A DNA stretch of 64,000 nt from Azolla caroliniana (lineage: Eukaryota; Plantae; Polypodiophyta): the NCBI GenBank assembly GCA_043228905.1, contig JBHGNT010000012.1:3534001-3598000 (forward strand). The letters run 5' to 3'. Below, piece by piece: positions 13,101 through 24,495 of the stretch (position 1 is the stretch's first letter; the number at the start of each line of letters is the position of its first letter). The notes under the pieces are model-generated. The model did not search any database. It was not told the origin of the DNA and saw only the letters and a list, made by a program, of their open reading frames with translations. The position numbers and the translations under genes were made by a program.

Positions 13101-13666
13101 CGACTACCGGAAATTGAATGCGGCTATGGTAACAGACGCCTTGCCACTTCCATTCACGGATGGAGTCCTGGATGCGGTCGCCGGTCATGAGGTGTATAGT
13201 TTTCTGGATGGTTTCAGTGGCTATAATCAGATCCGGATGCACCCCGATGACCAAGAGAAAACCGCTTTTGTCACCGAATGGGGAGTCTTTGTTGCCGTAG
13301 TTATGATGTTCGGATTGAAAACGGCGCCGACAACCTTCTAGCGGAGCATCATGGAAATTTTCGGAGAATTCATTCCGGCATTCATGCATGTGTTCTTGGA
13401 CGACTTCGCTGTTTATAGCCAGGAAGGGGATCACCTTCAGCACCTCCGACTATGTCTGGAAAAATGTAGGGTTTACCAACTAAGTCTTAACCCGACAAAA
13501 TGCGTGTTCGGAGTGCGGAGCGTTACTTGGCCACATCGTGAGCAAGGAGGGTATTGTAGTGGATCCAGATAAGGTCAAAGCTATTTTGGAGGCACTGACA
13601 CCAACCACGGCAAAGGCATTAAGCCGGTTCTTAGGAAAAATTCGGTGGCATAACCGAATGCTCCGG
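10157..13666 (+). pseudogene. Gypsy-A gag, protease and RT
   Basis: EERPPTP repeats, gag core, CCHC knuckles, protease IIDGGSDVNVI...LLLGRPWL, RT LDGFSGYNQI, MMFGLK and FLDDF; several stops. Confidence 0.93.
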
Positions 13667-14233
13667 TGTCGTGAAGATTTTCGTCCATAGGCGGAAACCG
13701 GGGTGGAATAGGCAAATCGGTGGTGTGCACCATGTGCACATGTATACTAGGAAAGGGTGTATAGAAATAAGAGGGGAAATTTTATCCCACATTGTAAGGT
13801 CCCTCCCTCCTTGGGCTATAAAAGGAAGGGAGGGGTCACTTATGAAGGGGTTGCCTATTTTGAGGGAGAGAGGCATACCACTTAGGTCGAGGGTTTCCTA
13901 TCCGCTTTTAGGGTTTGGGTTAGGGTTTTCTTCTTGGGTTTCCTTTAGTGTTTTACTATACTTCGCTACTTGCTTATTCTTCTAGGGTTTTTCTCATAGT
14001 CGTTTGGTGCGGCCATGGCGGCCACCATTGTTGTAATCATTCGCTTGTTTTCAATATATCTTGTTGTGGATCTTGCTTCCATCTATTTTGGTCTATGCTT
14101 ATGTGCTACTCTTCATCTTCTCATCCGGTGTTAAGTTTCCATTCCTCATCTCTTATTTTTTCTCTACTCCCTAGTCCCAGACCCCCATGGTCCTGCCCCT
14201 TCTACACGCACGCGCGTAACAACGCAACATCTT

Positions 14234-14251
14234 TGGTGAACCCAACGTGAA
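14234..14251 (+). promoter_or_regulatory. PBS complementary to tRNA-Trp
   Basis: One mismatch to the reverse complement of the plant tRNA-Trp 3' end as recalled (TGGTGAACCCGACGTGAA). Confidence 0.75.
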
Positions 14252-14266
14252 GGGCGGCAAGGGAGC

Positions 14267-14869
14267 ATGGAGATGGAAGAAGACAATGTCCCGAGATTCT
14301 TAGAAGCATACAATGCCAAGATGACGAAGGAGGGCGTGGATGAAGCGACAAGGCTAGAGTATTTTCCTCGAGTGGTGGCCGTATCGGTGCACAAAGAGGT
14401 CAAGGAGCTACGAGAGGCTCACGAGTCGTGGGTGTCCTTGGAGGGAGCCCTATTGGAAGCGTACGGGTATGCGAAAACGGAGGGGCGAGGTCGGCATGAG
14501 TTGGACCGATGTGTGGCGTCGATGGAACGGCATCGGAGCGCGATGGATGCATTCCGAGAGTTCGAGCACCGTTTCTCTCAACTCTCGGAGCGAGATCGGA
14601 GATCGGTGGGGGCGGACAAAGTCCTCCTATTTTTGAAGACGATCCATCAAGAGGAGAGGATGGACATCTTATTCGAGCTTCAAGATGATTATGGAACGCA
14701 TGGTCTCACCGAGGAGTGGTTTGAGGTGGAATGGGTGTGCTGGCAACATGACGCGAGGCGGTCGGCCACAACACGGCCCGCGAGTGGCGGAGAAGAGAGA
14801 GCGGTGAGTGACTACGCACTACCGTCGGAAGAGAGCTCAACGCAAACGGTTCGGAGGAGCTCGACCTAG
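14267..14869 (+). CDS. Gag-like protein of Gypsy-B
   Basis: RFLEAYNAKM...RLEYFPRVV...KVLLFLKTI aligns with NYLEAFKVEM...RLLFAFPRLV (38154-38570) and KVLLFIKSV (~38890). Confidence 0.65.
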   Translation: MEMEEDNVPRFLEAYNAKMTKEGVDEATRLEYFPRVVAVSVHKEVKELREAHESWVSLEGALLEAYGYAKTEGRGRHELDRCVASMERHRSAMDAFREFEHRFSQLSERDRRSVGADKVLLFLKTIHQEERMDILFELQDDYGTHGLTEEWFEVEWVCWQHDARRSATTRPASGGEERAVSDYALPSEESSTQTVRRSST

Positions 14870-14898
14870 AAGCACTAATACGGGAGGCATGCGAGCTT

Positions 14899-16593
14899 GT
14901 GAAGGGGAAAATCGAAGCCGAAGAAGGGCTTATTATGGAGTCGGGCTGGAGGCGATCGGAGGATGCGGAGGAAGAAGCCTCCCTAAGCGTGGAAGACAGG
15001 GCCTATACGGAGGCCGGAAGAGCGTACGATGACGACATGGGAGAGGATGCGGAGCAAGCGACCCTCTTGCCTTGCGGTGAAGGGACGACCATGGAGGCTG
15101 GTAACTACGGATTCGGGGCATGGCGGCCCGAAACATCGAGTGGGGAGGAGACAAGCGGCGGTGCCAGGTCCTTACCCACACCGATTCTAGAGACTCCGGC
15201 ATCCGGCCCGAGAGCCGGTGTGAGACCTAGAGTGATGAACAGTGGCGGCGGCAAGGCGGGCAACCAAGACGACGGCAAGGAGATCGAGGAAGAGGAGGCG
15301 GCAAGCGTAATCGAGGCTTCCGCGATCGGGGACGGGGTAGCCACGGACAACGACTTCCGGATAGAGGTGGCTACGGACATAACGAGTGGCGGTGCCGCGA
15401 CCTTACACACACTGGTCCTAGAGGCTCCGATGGTCGGCCTGTGTGCCGGCGTGAGACCTAGAGCGACGGGCAGTGGTGGCGGCAAGACGGGCAATCGAAA
15501 CGATGACGAGGAAGGTCATAGCGGACGGAGGAGAGACTCCTCGACACCGAAATCGGAGACTGTGGCGGTTGTGCTCGAATGCCAACATAAGACCGGAGAG
15601 AAGGACGGTGGCCGTGAGGAGGCATGGCCTGGAGCGGACACGTGCGAAGATGAGGATGCAAGGCTCGGAACGGGCATATACAAGAGGACCGATGGAGAGG
15701 TCGGGAGCGGCAAGGAGGAGAGAGTCAGGAACCAACCCGATCGGAAGATGAACCGGTCGATAATCCGACATGACTGGAAGACGAGGCAGAAGAAGATTGG
15801 AGTGGGTTCCGGTCAACTGGGCCCTAACCGAAGAAGAGCCGGCAAGGCCAGATTTGTGCGGACAAACATGTACCGGCTGGTTACGGTTAGGAAAGGGAGC
15901 CGACCAAACCGGAACTCGATCGGCCGAGACCGATTCGGGCGAAGGCTATGTCGGCATGATTGGAGGCCGAGGCGTACGAGCCACAACACGCGGTGGGAGC
16001 CGGTGAGCACGAGAAGGAGGCTAACCGAGCACAGTGATTACGGCTTGGCGGAAGACCGAGAGCAAGGGGAACCCTCCACACCTATTCTTGAGACTTCGGC
16101 GGTTGCGGATCAACATAAGACCAAAGAGACGGCGGGTGGCGGCGAGGAGTTAGAGGCCGATGCGGAGTTGGAGACCGGTGTAGATATCCGGTATGAAATA
16201 ATGGACGAGCGGGGCCAAGACAGCAAGCCCGAGTCGAAATGGGCTATGGCAACGAAGGACGAAGAGACCAACGCGGAGGTCGGGTCTACGATGGATGAGG
16301 CACGTAATACGAAGTATGCACTATGGCGTAAAACAGAGCATGCACTACGGATGGCGAAGGGCCAAGAAGCAAGCGTGCATTCGGAGGAGCCGCAACGAGT
16401 GACCGACGATGACGGTCGGAGGAAGCCTTCGAGAGGCAAGCGCGGGACGACAGACGGTGCGACAAGACGCCAAGATCGACGGAACGAGACGAGCGTGATC
16501 GGCATGAACAAAGGATTGTGTCTGGGAAAACAGAGGGGATGCGTGGAGAACGGAGGGTCACGTACCGTGAAGAGCAAACGGGGCATCCCTTAG
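14899..16593 (+). CDS. 564-aa low-complexity, internally repeated ORF in place of pol
   Basis: Open frame rich in E/G/R with repeats (TPILET..GVRPR..SGGGK, QHKT.E..GG); no RT, RH or INT motif. Coding status is uncertain. Confidence 0.35.
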   Translation: MKGKIEAEEGLIMESGWRRSEDAEEEASLSVEDRAYTEAGRAYDDDMGEDAEQATLLPCGEGTTMEAGNYGFGAWRPETSSGEETSGGARSLPTPILETPASGPRAGVRPRVMNSGGGKAGNQDDGKEIEEEEAASVIEASAIGDGVATDNDFRIEVATDITSGGAATLHTLVLEAPMVGLCAGVRPRATGSGGGKTGNRNDDEEGHSGRRRDSSTPKSETVAVVLECQHKTGEKDGGREEAWPGADTCEDEDARLGTGIYKRTDGEVGSGKEERVRNQPDRKMNRSIIRHDWKTRQKKIGVGSGQLGPNRRRAGKARFVRTNMYRLVTVRKGSRPNRNSIGRDRFGRRLCRHDWRPRRTSHNTRWEPVSTRRRLTEHSDYGLAEDREQGEPSTPILETSAVADQHKTKETAGGGEELEADAELETGVDIRYEIMDERGQDSKPESKWAMATKDEETNAEVGSTMDEARNTKYALWRKTEHALRMAKGQEASVHSEEPQRVTDDDGRRKPSRGKRGTTDGATRRQDRRNETSVIGMNKGLCLGKQRGCVENGGSRTVKSKRGIP

Positions 16594-17103
16594 GATGTGT
16601 GCGGCCGAGAGGGCCAGGCGGGCCAAGAGGGCGCAAGTCGAGGCGAGGTGGTAACGAGAGCCTCGAGGGACACTGACACGGAGGTCGGGATGACAATACG
16701 CTCTACTATGAGAGAGCACGGAGAGCAAGGGAGAATGGAGGTGCGCGTAATGGGGTCACCTAAGGGCCAAAGAATGAGCGCATATTCGGGGGACAACATT
16801 GGCGCAGGGGAAGAGCCTACGGAAGGCAAGCACGGAGCGGGAAGAGTTGACAGACCGAGGTGTTCGGCATGCGGAGACGATAAAACCAAAGGAGGAACAT
16901 ATGCGGCATGAAAAGGGCGGAATCCGGAGTGCGATCGGAGAGATCGGGAGCGCACCCGGAGGACATACAAGCCTTTGCGAGGAATGCATGCGGCGAGAGA
17001 CGGAGCGGTGAGGTGCCGGTATCAATGGATGATCGGCGAGCATGGAAGGCTATGTCTTGAGAACCGGGGGGGGGGGGGGGGGGGGGTGCGTGGAGAGCAA
17101 TTC

Positions 17104-17925
17104 TATGCGGTGGTGCACAAACGGAGCACTCCCTATTATCTGCAAGCCAACGGATTAGCCGAGTCAACAAATAAAACACTATAGAACATGCTTTGAAAAA
17201 CCGTCAATGAGAACCGGACGGATTGGGATACAAAGCTACATAGTGCACTCTGGGCCTATCGAATGACATATAAGACAAGTATCCGCACAACATCGTTTCG
17301 CCTAGCATTCGGATTGGAAGCAGTGATGCCGATCGAGTTCCAGGTACTGAGTTTACGAATACAGATTCGAGAACGCCTAAATGAGAAGGAATCGGAAGCG
17401 ATCCGGTTAGCCGCGCTGTGCGAATTGGAAGAACACCGGCTAGCCAACATCATGCACCTAGAACTTGAGCAACGGCAAAGGAAAGCGTTCGTGGATCGTC
17501 ACCGAAAAGGGAACGAAAAGATGTTCGGAATCGGTAAGTCGGTACTAGTATTCCAGACCCGGATGGGTAAGATGCCGAGGAAGCTACGGTTTCGGTGGAC
17601 CGAACCATACTGGATCACGCGTGAGTTCAACGGTTCCTACCAGTTAGGGACACTCGCCGGCGAGGTTCTAGGTAAATGGGTCAATGGGTTCCGACTCAAA
17701 CCATACAATGGACCCATGCCAAGAAACCCATTTGAACGAGTCGACACAGAACCAGACACTGATAAGTCAGAAGAGACGACAACACATTTAGCAATCGGCA
17801 AGCGCGAAACCGGTAAGAGGGAGCACGATCCGGCAAACGGCAAGAACGATGCGACGACAAGCAGTCTAGCGGCCAGCAAGTCCCACAATTCGGATAGGGA
17901 TCCGGTGGGACCAGATGCGAATTAA
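17104..17925 (+). pseudogene. Gypsy-A integrase C-terminal half
   Basis: STPYYLQANGLAESTNK, LWAYRMTYK, FRLAFGLEAV, KLRFRWTEPYWI, VNGFRLKPY. Confidence 0.92.
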
Positions 17926-18186
17926 CCAAACAGTTTAGGACTAAAAAATTTAAAAAAAATAAAATAAAAAATAAAATAAAATAAAAGTAAATCATGCAAG
18001 GGCGAGGTGTGAATGGACGCATGCAAGAACAAGGAGTGAACAAGCACTATGAAAAGGTACGTAGTGGGCTATTAATAGGGTATTAAACCACCGCCACATG
18101 GCACGACATTCTATTTTAGTACACGACGTGCACACACGCGAGGAAGAAAAAAAGGCGCCAACATGTAGCACGAAAACTCCCATCGC

Positions 18187-18921
18187 ATGGAGGTCTTCAC
18201 ATTTCGCGAACAGAGGAGCACAACCGCACACAAACGATTGAAGATCATCAGACGCGAGCCCACACACAGAGAGCCTCCTCAAACACATCCCTCACCAGCG
18301 CTCACCGACCTCGAAGAAGCCATGGACTGCCAAGCACTCTCTGAAGCAGCCAAGAAGTGGCTCAGGCAACACGGGCTAGAAGGTTTCCTCACGATCATGG
18401 CGGCACCACCGCAACGGGAGGTAGAGAAGATAGTAAAGGAAATTGACACAGAACTGATCACGGAGGAGGCTATCCATGCTTTGATTGGCCTTCCGGAGGG
18501 GGGCATCTTCACTATCGACAACCCTACCCCGGAGTAGCTCCGAAAATACAGCAAGGCCTACAGGAGACAGGGCGGCGAAGATACATTATTTTGGGAGATT
18601 GCCCGTGTGCTCCATGAATTTGGACATGTATACCCTCGACCCCCGTGCATGCCTCAGAACCAAGCCAACTTAATCATAACAACGTATGAAGGCGTGAAGG
18701 TGGACTGGCCGGTACTGATTGCGGACGACCTCTGTGTGGCCATCGACTCTGTAAGAGGCAAGGAGGGTCGGAACATATGGACTGTCGTGGCGCAATGGCT
18801 CACCCTATTGGTGCCACCTATCGAGCCCGCCAAAACCACGAAGTGGGGGAGAACGACCGAAGGCACCCCGAAAACGGCTTCGAAATGGCAGCAGTTGTTG
18901 GCCTCTAAGGCACCTAAATGG
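18187..18921 (+). pseudogene. Gypsy-A extra ORF, N-terminal part (plant-transposon/PMD-like)
   Basis: WLRQHGLEGFL...ITEEAIHALIGLPEGG...VKVDWPVLIADDL; cut by Copia-C. Confidence 0.6.
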
Positions 18922-21900
18922 TGTCGAATACAAATGTATAATGGACATATTCACACTATCCTCTTAGAGAGCCCAAGTTCAGGCTATTTCTGCAAATAAC
19001 ATAAAGGGCAGTTGCCCTAAGTGAGTCACTATATAAAGTGACTTTGTAACCTTTTGTAAAGGTTGGTTGTTCATTGTTGTAACGGTTGCCCCTTTATGAA
19101 TATAGATATATTCTTTGTGCCTTCCTCTCTCTCTCTCTGTACGTATTTGGTTCTTGCCTCTCTCATACGCAAGTATATCTTCCTCACAGATTCATACTGT
19201 GTGATCTCTTCCGCACTGACGGCCTTGTTCAATCCCTACATTTGGTATCAGAGCTTGGATGTCCTTCATCCCGCTGCCGGCCGCCATTCGAATCTTTGGA
19301 TCACAACATTTTGTTTTTTTTTGTTTTGTATTTGAAGAAATAGAGAAGAGAGAAGAAGAAGAAAAACGAGGCTTGCATCTCATCGCGTTAGATCATCTTC
19401 GCTTGGAGTAAGCCAGCCAGGTGTACTCTGTTCCTCGTGATCGTAACCGCTCGAGGTGAAATCCCCTTGTGCAACATTGACACGATCGTGCTCCACTCGG
19501 TTAAACAACATCCGAACAGGTCACCGAACGCTGCTCGCCGCCTGTTGTAACCACTCGGTGCAGATCGGTCTCAAGACAACAACCCCAATTCGTGCTTCAT
19601 CCGGTTGATCGACATTCGGGAGGATCAATTGGATCCGTCTCTCTCGTCGCTGCAGTCACCCGAAGCAGAATCGGTTCAGATAATCGGTTTCAATAATCGG
19701 CATTTGGCATATATATTCGGAAGCGAACCGGGCTCACTCCGACTCGGTAACATTCGGGAAGACCAATCGGTTCTGTCCCTCGAGTTACCGGAGTCAACTC
19801 AAGCAAGTTCAACAATACATATATCCGAAACCGAACCGACTCAGGTTCAAATCCAACTAGAACGATATCTGGTGAGCCGACCGGCTGCACTCCAACAAGG
19901 TTCGTAGTCAACTCCGAATCGAGCTTCGTCAACCGAAACCGAATCTGATGGCATCAACATCCGGCTCATCGGAAATGAGTCTAAGGAGGTTCGACGGTTC
20001 GAACTTCAATTTTTGGAAGGAGGAAATGCAGGACTATCTTATAGTCAAGGGTCAGATCGATCCAATTGAGAATGAAACTGCTCTAGAAATATACAAGGCA
20101 AATGAGTGGCAGAAACTGGACAGAATCGTCTGCGCCACGATTCGGATGCACCTATCGGAGTCAGTGTACTTCACAGTGCAATTGTGCACGAAAGCCTTCG
20201 AACTTTGGAAGAAGCTGTTGGAAACCTACGAAAAGAAGGTCGCCTCAACGAAGATGTATTTGATCCGACGCCTCTACAACCTGCGGATGAAAGACTCCGA
20301 TTCGGTTCAGGCACACCTTAACGAGTACGAAAGTTTGAGCTCCCAAATCTCGTCACAGGGTACAACAATCGAGGATGAACTCAGAGCAATGATACTCATG
20401 AGCAGTCTCCCCTCCTCTTGGGAAACCTTCGTTACAACTGTGTGCAACGTTTCTACGACTACCATCAAGTACTCTGAAGTCACAAGTGCAATCCTGACTA
20501 AAGCAGCTTGGAGAAAGTCTTTCACCAAAGACTCGATAGAAGAAGCCTATGTAGTACAAGGTTCGACCGACCGATCGAACAACCGGGGAAGAAGTTCTTC
20601 CCGACTGCCGACAAATCAGCGAAGCCGCAGCAAGTCCCGGGAAACCCAAATCTGCAACTACTGCAAGAAACCGGGACACATCAAGGTCGACTGTCGGGTA
20701 CTCAAGTCAAAGATAGACAAAGCTCAGAGAGCTGATCAGAGGAGTAACCGACATGAGGAAGTCAACTACGTCGGCTCTTCAGCCGAGATATTGACGACCG
20801 ACCTGAACATATTGTCCATAGAGAATCCAGTCGAATCAGAAGTTCTGCTTACGATTGAGGAATCGAGCACATGGCTTCTAGACTCGGGCGCGTCGTATCA
20901 CGTGACACCTCACCGATCACAGTTTCGGCAATATTCGGACCGACACTCCGACTCAGTTCGAGTTGGAAGTTCGCAGCACTGTGCTATCATCGGAATCGGC
21001 ACCGTAGAGCTCAACCTTCCGGGTGGCTCTACACTTGTACTACACAACGTCCGACACGTTCCTGAGCTCTCACGAACCTTGATCTCAGTCGGACAACTTG
21101 ATGAAGCTGGCATCCATGCTGGTTTCTCATTAGGAGGGTGGACACTCCACAGAGGGAACCTCCTGCTTGCAAGAGGACCAAAGGTACACTCATTGTACCC
21201 TTTGTATGTCACACTCAGAGAGGGTGACTTATTTCTGGTAGATATCCCTGTGTCATCCTTATGGCATGGACGACTTGGACACCTCAGCAAGACCGGCATC
21301 ACGCACCTATCTAGAATCAGAGCCGGATACATCCCAAAACTCTCCTTCTCGGACCATCAGTTCTGCGAGCATTGCCAGTACGACAAACAGGTAGCCGCAT
21401 CACACCTGACATCAGCACCAAGAGAGTCGAGCCCGCTCGATTTGGTCCACTCGGACATCTGTGGCCCGATGCCACATCAGTCACTCGGTGGTGCCTCGTA
21501 CTTCGTCAGTTTCATTGACAACTCGACTCAGAAGGTGTGGGCTTACCCCATCAGAACCAAAGATTGGGTGTTCTCGATCTTCTCAAATTGGCTCGCAATG
21601 GTCGAAAACCAGACCGGTTGGAAACTGAAGTGTCTCTGAACCGACAATGGAGGTGAGTTCAAATCTGATGAATTCGTCAAATTTTGCCGAGAACGCGGCA
21701 TTAGACGTGAATATACGGCACCATATAGTCCGGAGCAGAATCGAATCGCAGAACGCATGAATCGGACGATTGAAGAACGCGTTGTATCCATGGTCCAACA
21801 CTCCGGACTGTCGGATGGCTTCTTGGCAGAGGCTTTACTCACGGTAGTACACATAATCAATATGTCACCAAGTAGACCTCTAGGACTTAAGATACCTCAG

Positions 21901-24490
21901 GAAATATGGACCGGCAGAAAGCCGAATTATGATAAGCTGAGGATTTTCGGTTGCGAGGCATACGCCCTCATACCGAAAGACAACCGCCGAAAGCTCGAAC
22001 CGAGATCAAGGAAATTCGTTTTCCTCGGGTACAGACCCAACGGCGAGATCAGATACAGACTCTGGGACCCCGAGCACAGGCAAATCGTCCGAAGTTCGGA
22101 CGTCGTGTTCAACGAGTTGACTATGCACAAAACGGCCAAAAGGCCTATTGAAGTCCGAAGGGTAATATTTTCCAAAGTGCCAACCCTTCATGACGGCCCA
22201 ACACACAACACGAGACTGGTTTCACGGGTAACCGACTTCTCTTGCACCGAATCCACAGATTCGGCACAACCGAATGGCTCGGCTTCCGACTATCCGACAT
22301 CAACACCCGGTGCGACCAATCTAGTCATACCTCGAAGATCTGAGAGATTGTCGCAACCTCCGGAGAGGTACTCTCCCGGAATTTTCTTCACTAACGCCGG
22401 CGAACCGACGTCCTACAAAGGAGCATCGGCAGCTGCCGATTCAGCCACCTGGCATCTGGCAATGGAGTCGGAAATGCACTCCATCTGCGTCAACAAGACT
22501 TGGGATTTGGTCGACTTACCGAAGAATCGACGTGCTCTTCCTTGCAAGTGGGTCTATAGACTAAAGGAGACGTCCGACTCGACCACCCCAAATTACAAGG
22601 CCAGATTAGTTGCGAAGGGCTTTCGACAGGAATATGGCGTCGACTTCGACGAAATCTTTTCACCAGTGGTGAAAATGACAACCCTTCGTTTCATGCTCGG
22701 TGTTGTGGCCGCCGACAATTTGGAGCTGATTCAGCTAGATGTGAAAACGGCATTCCTCCACGGTGATCTAAAGGAGGAAATCTACATGGAGCAGCCGAAC
22801 GGCTTTGTGGCCACCGGTCAGGAACATCTAGTCTGCCGACTCAGGAAGAGTCTTTACGGCCTGAAACAGGCACCCCAACAGTGGTACAAGAAGTTTGACG
22901 ATTTCATCCAGTCGGTCGGCTTCTCCAAGAGCGATGAGGACCACTGCCTCTTCACCAAAACAGCTCAAGACGGTTCTCCCTTCTTCCTCATCATCTACGT
23001 GGACGACATGCTACTCTCCGGTTGGCATACCGGAGAGCTCACCAAACTCGTTCGGAAACTGCGATTGAAGTTTCCCATGAAGGACCTCGGTCCGGCAAGA
23101 CACATACTCGGAATGAAGATTAGTCGGAATCACCGCAAAAGACAACTTTTTCTGTCTCAAACCGACTACATCGGACGTGTCTTGGAACGCTTCAACATGC
23201 AATCGGCCAAGTCTGCCTCGACCCCGCTCCCCATTCATCTTCGGCTTTCTCAGCGAGACTGCCCGACATCCGGTCTAGAGGGGGAAGACATGAAGTCGGT
23301 ACCGTATGCATCGGTAGTAGGCTCTCTGATGTACGCAATGGTCGCGACACGACCTGATATTTCTCACGCCGTAGGAGTCATCAGCAGATTTATGCACAAT
23401 CCTGGCCGATCTCACTAGAACGCAGTCAAGCATGTGTTCAGATATTTAGCTGGCACAAAAGACCACAACATCCTTTTCGGTCCGAACTCAACTTCAGGTG
23501 TAGCTGGTTACACCGACTCGGACTTCGCCGGCTGTGTGGATAGTCGCAAGTCAACAACTGGATATTGCTTTAAATTCGGCAATGGAGCAATCTCGTGGAA
23601 GTCGAAACTTCAAGAGTGCACAGCCACCTGAACGACCGAAGCAGAATATGTAGCTGCCTCCGACGCAACGAAAGAAGCTTTATGGCTCGGTCGGCTGGCG
23701 CACACGTTTCGGCAAGTCGACTCCGACTCGGCTCCAGTTGTCTACAGCGACAGTCAGAGTGTTGTTGCTTTGTCGAAAAATCCGGTTCATCACAACGCCT
23801 CCAAGCATATCGAAGTTCGATATCACTTCGTTCGGGACTGCGTCATTTCCGAGAAAATCGGTTTAGAAGATATCCACAACCGATAATGTCGCAGATGGAA
23901 TGACCAAGTGTCTTTCGGCAAACCGGTTCCGGTCTCTTCGGCAACAGATGGGCGTAACAACATATCGGTCCGGTTGAAGCCGGACATAGTGCAGGATGGT
24001 TTTGGACAACAGACATCGGTTCCCTGACGATCGGCTTCAGCCTTTCTGACTCGACCAGTTCGGTCTTCTGTCTACGGATCATGCCGATTCGAACAAAACC
24101 GACCTGTCCGAGAACCTATGCCTATACCTGTATTTTTTAGATAACCCATGTATACGCCCATTACGGGGGAGTGTCGAATACAAATGTATAATGGACGTAT
24201 TCACACTAACCTCCTAGAGAGCCCAAGTTCGGGCTATTTCTGTAAATAACATAAAGGGCAGTTGCCCTAAGTGAGTCACTATATAAAGTGACTTTGTAAC
24301 CTTTTGTAAAGGTTGGTTGTTCATTGTTGTAACGGTTGCCCCTTTATGAATATAGATATATTCTTTGTGCCCCTCTCTCTCTCTCTCTGTACGTATTTGG
24401 TTCTTGCCTCTCTCATATGTAGGTATATCTTCCTCACAGATTCATACTGTGTGATCTCTTCCGCACTGACGGCCTTGTTCAATCCCTACA
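18922..24490 (+). mobile_element. Ty1/Copia 'Copia-C' (Tnt1/Tork-like), structurally complete
   Basis: 319-bp LTRs at 18922-19240 and 24172-24490 (about 11 differences by eye). TSD AATGG/AAGGG. PBS TGGTATCAGAGC at 19243-19254. PPT GGGGGAG at 24165-24171. Confidence 0.97.
19948..23960 (+). pseudogene. Copia-C gag-PR-INT-RT-RNase H polyprotein with a few nonsense mutations
   Basis: CNYCKKPGHIKVDC, WLLDSGASYH, LWHGRLGH, HSDICGP, YKARLVAKGF, YVDDM, DSDFAG; in-frame stops at 21637, 23416 and 23629. Confidence 0.95.
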
Positions 24491-24495
24491 AAGGG

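Larger units (their letters stand above)
13667..17096 (+). mobile_element. Pol-less LTR element 'Gypsy-B' (TR-GAG-like), tRNA-Trp primed, 3' LTR deleted
   Basis: LTR at 13667-14229 (TGTCGTGAAG...CAACA). PBS TGGTGAACCCAACGTGAA at 14234. Gag-like ORF 14267-14869 is similar to Gypsy-F gag. The G-run PPT at ~17067-17087 is followed by TGCGTGGAG, a remnant of the LTR start. Confidence 0.8.

Noticed and set aside
19063-19343. Duplicated small hydrophobic ORF (also at 24313)
   Set aside because: It lies in the two LTRs of Copia-C, so the duplication is explained by the LTR pair.
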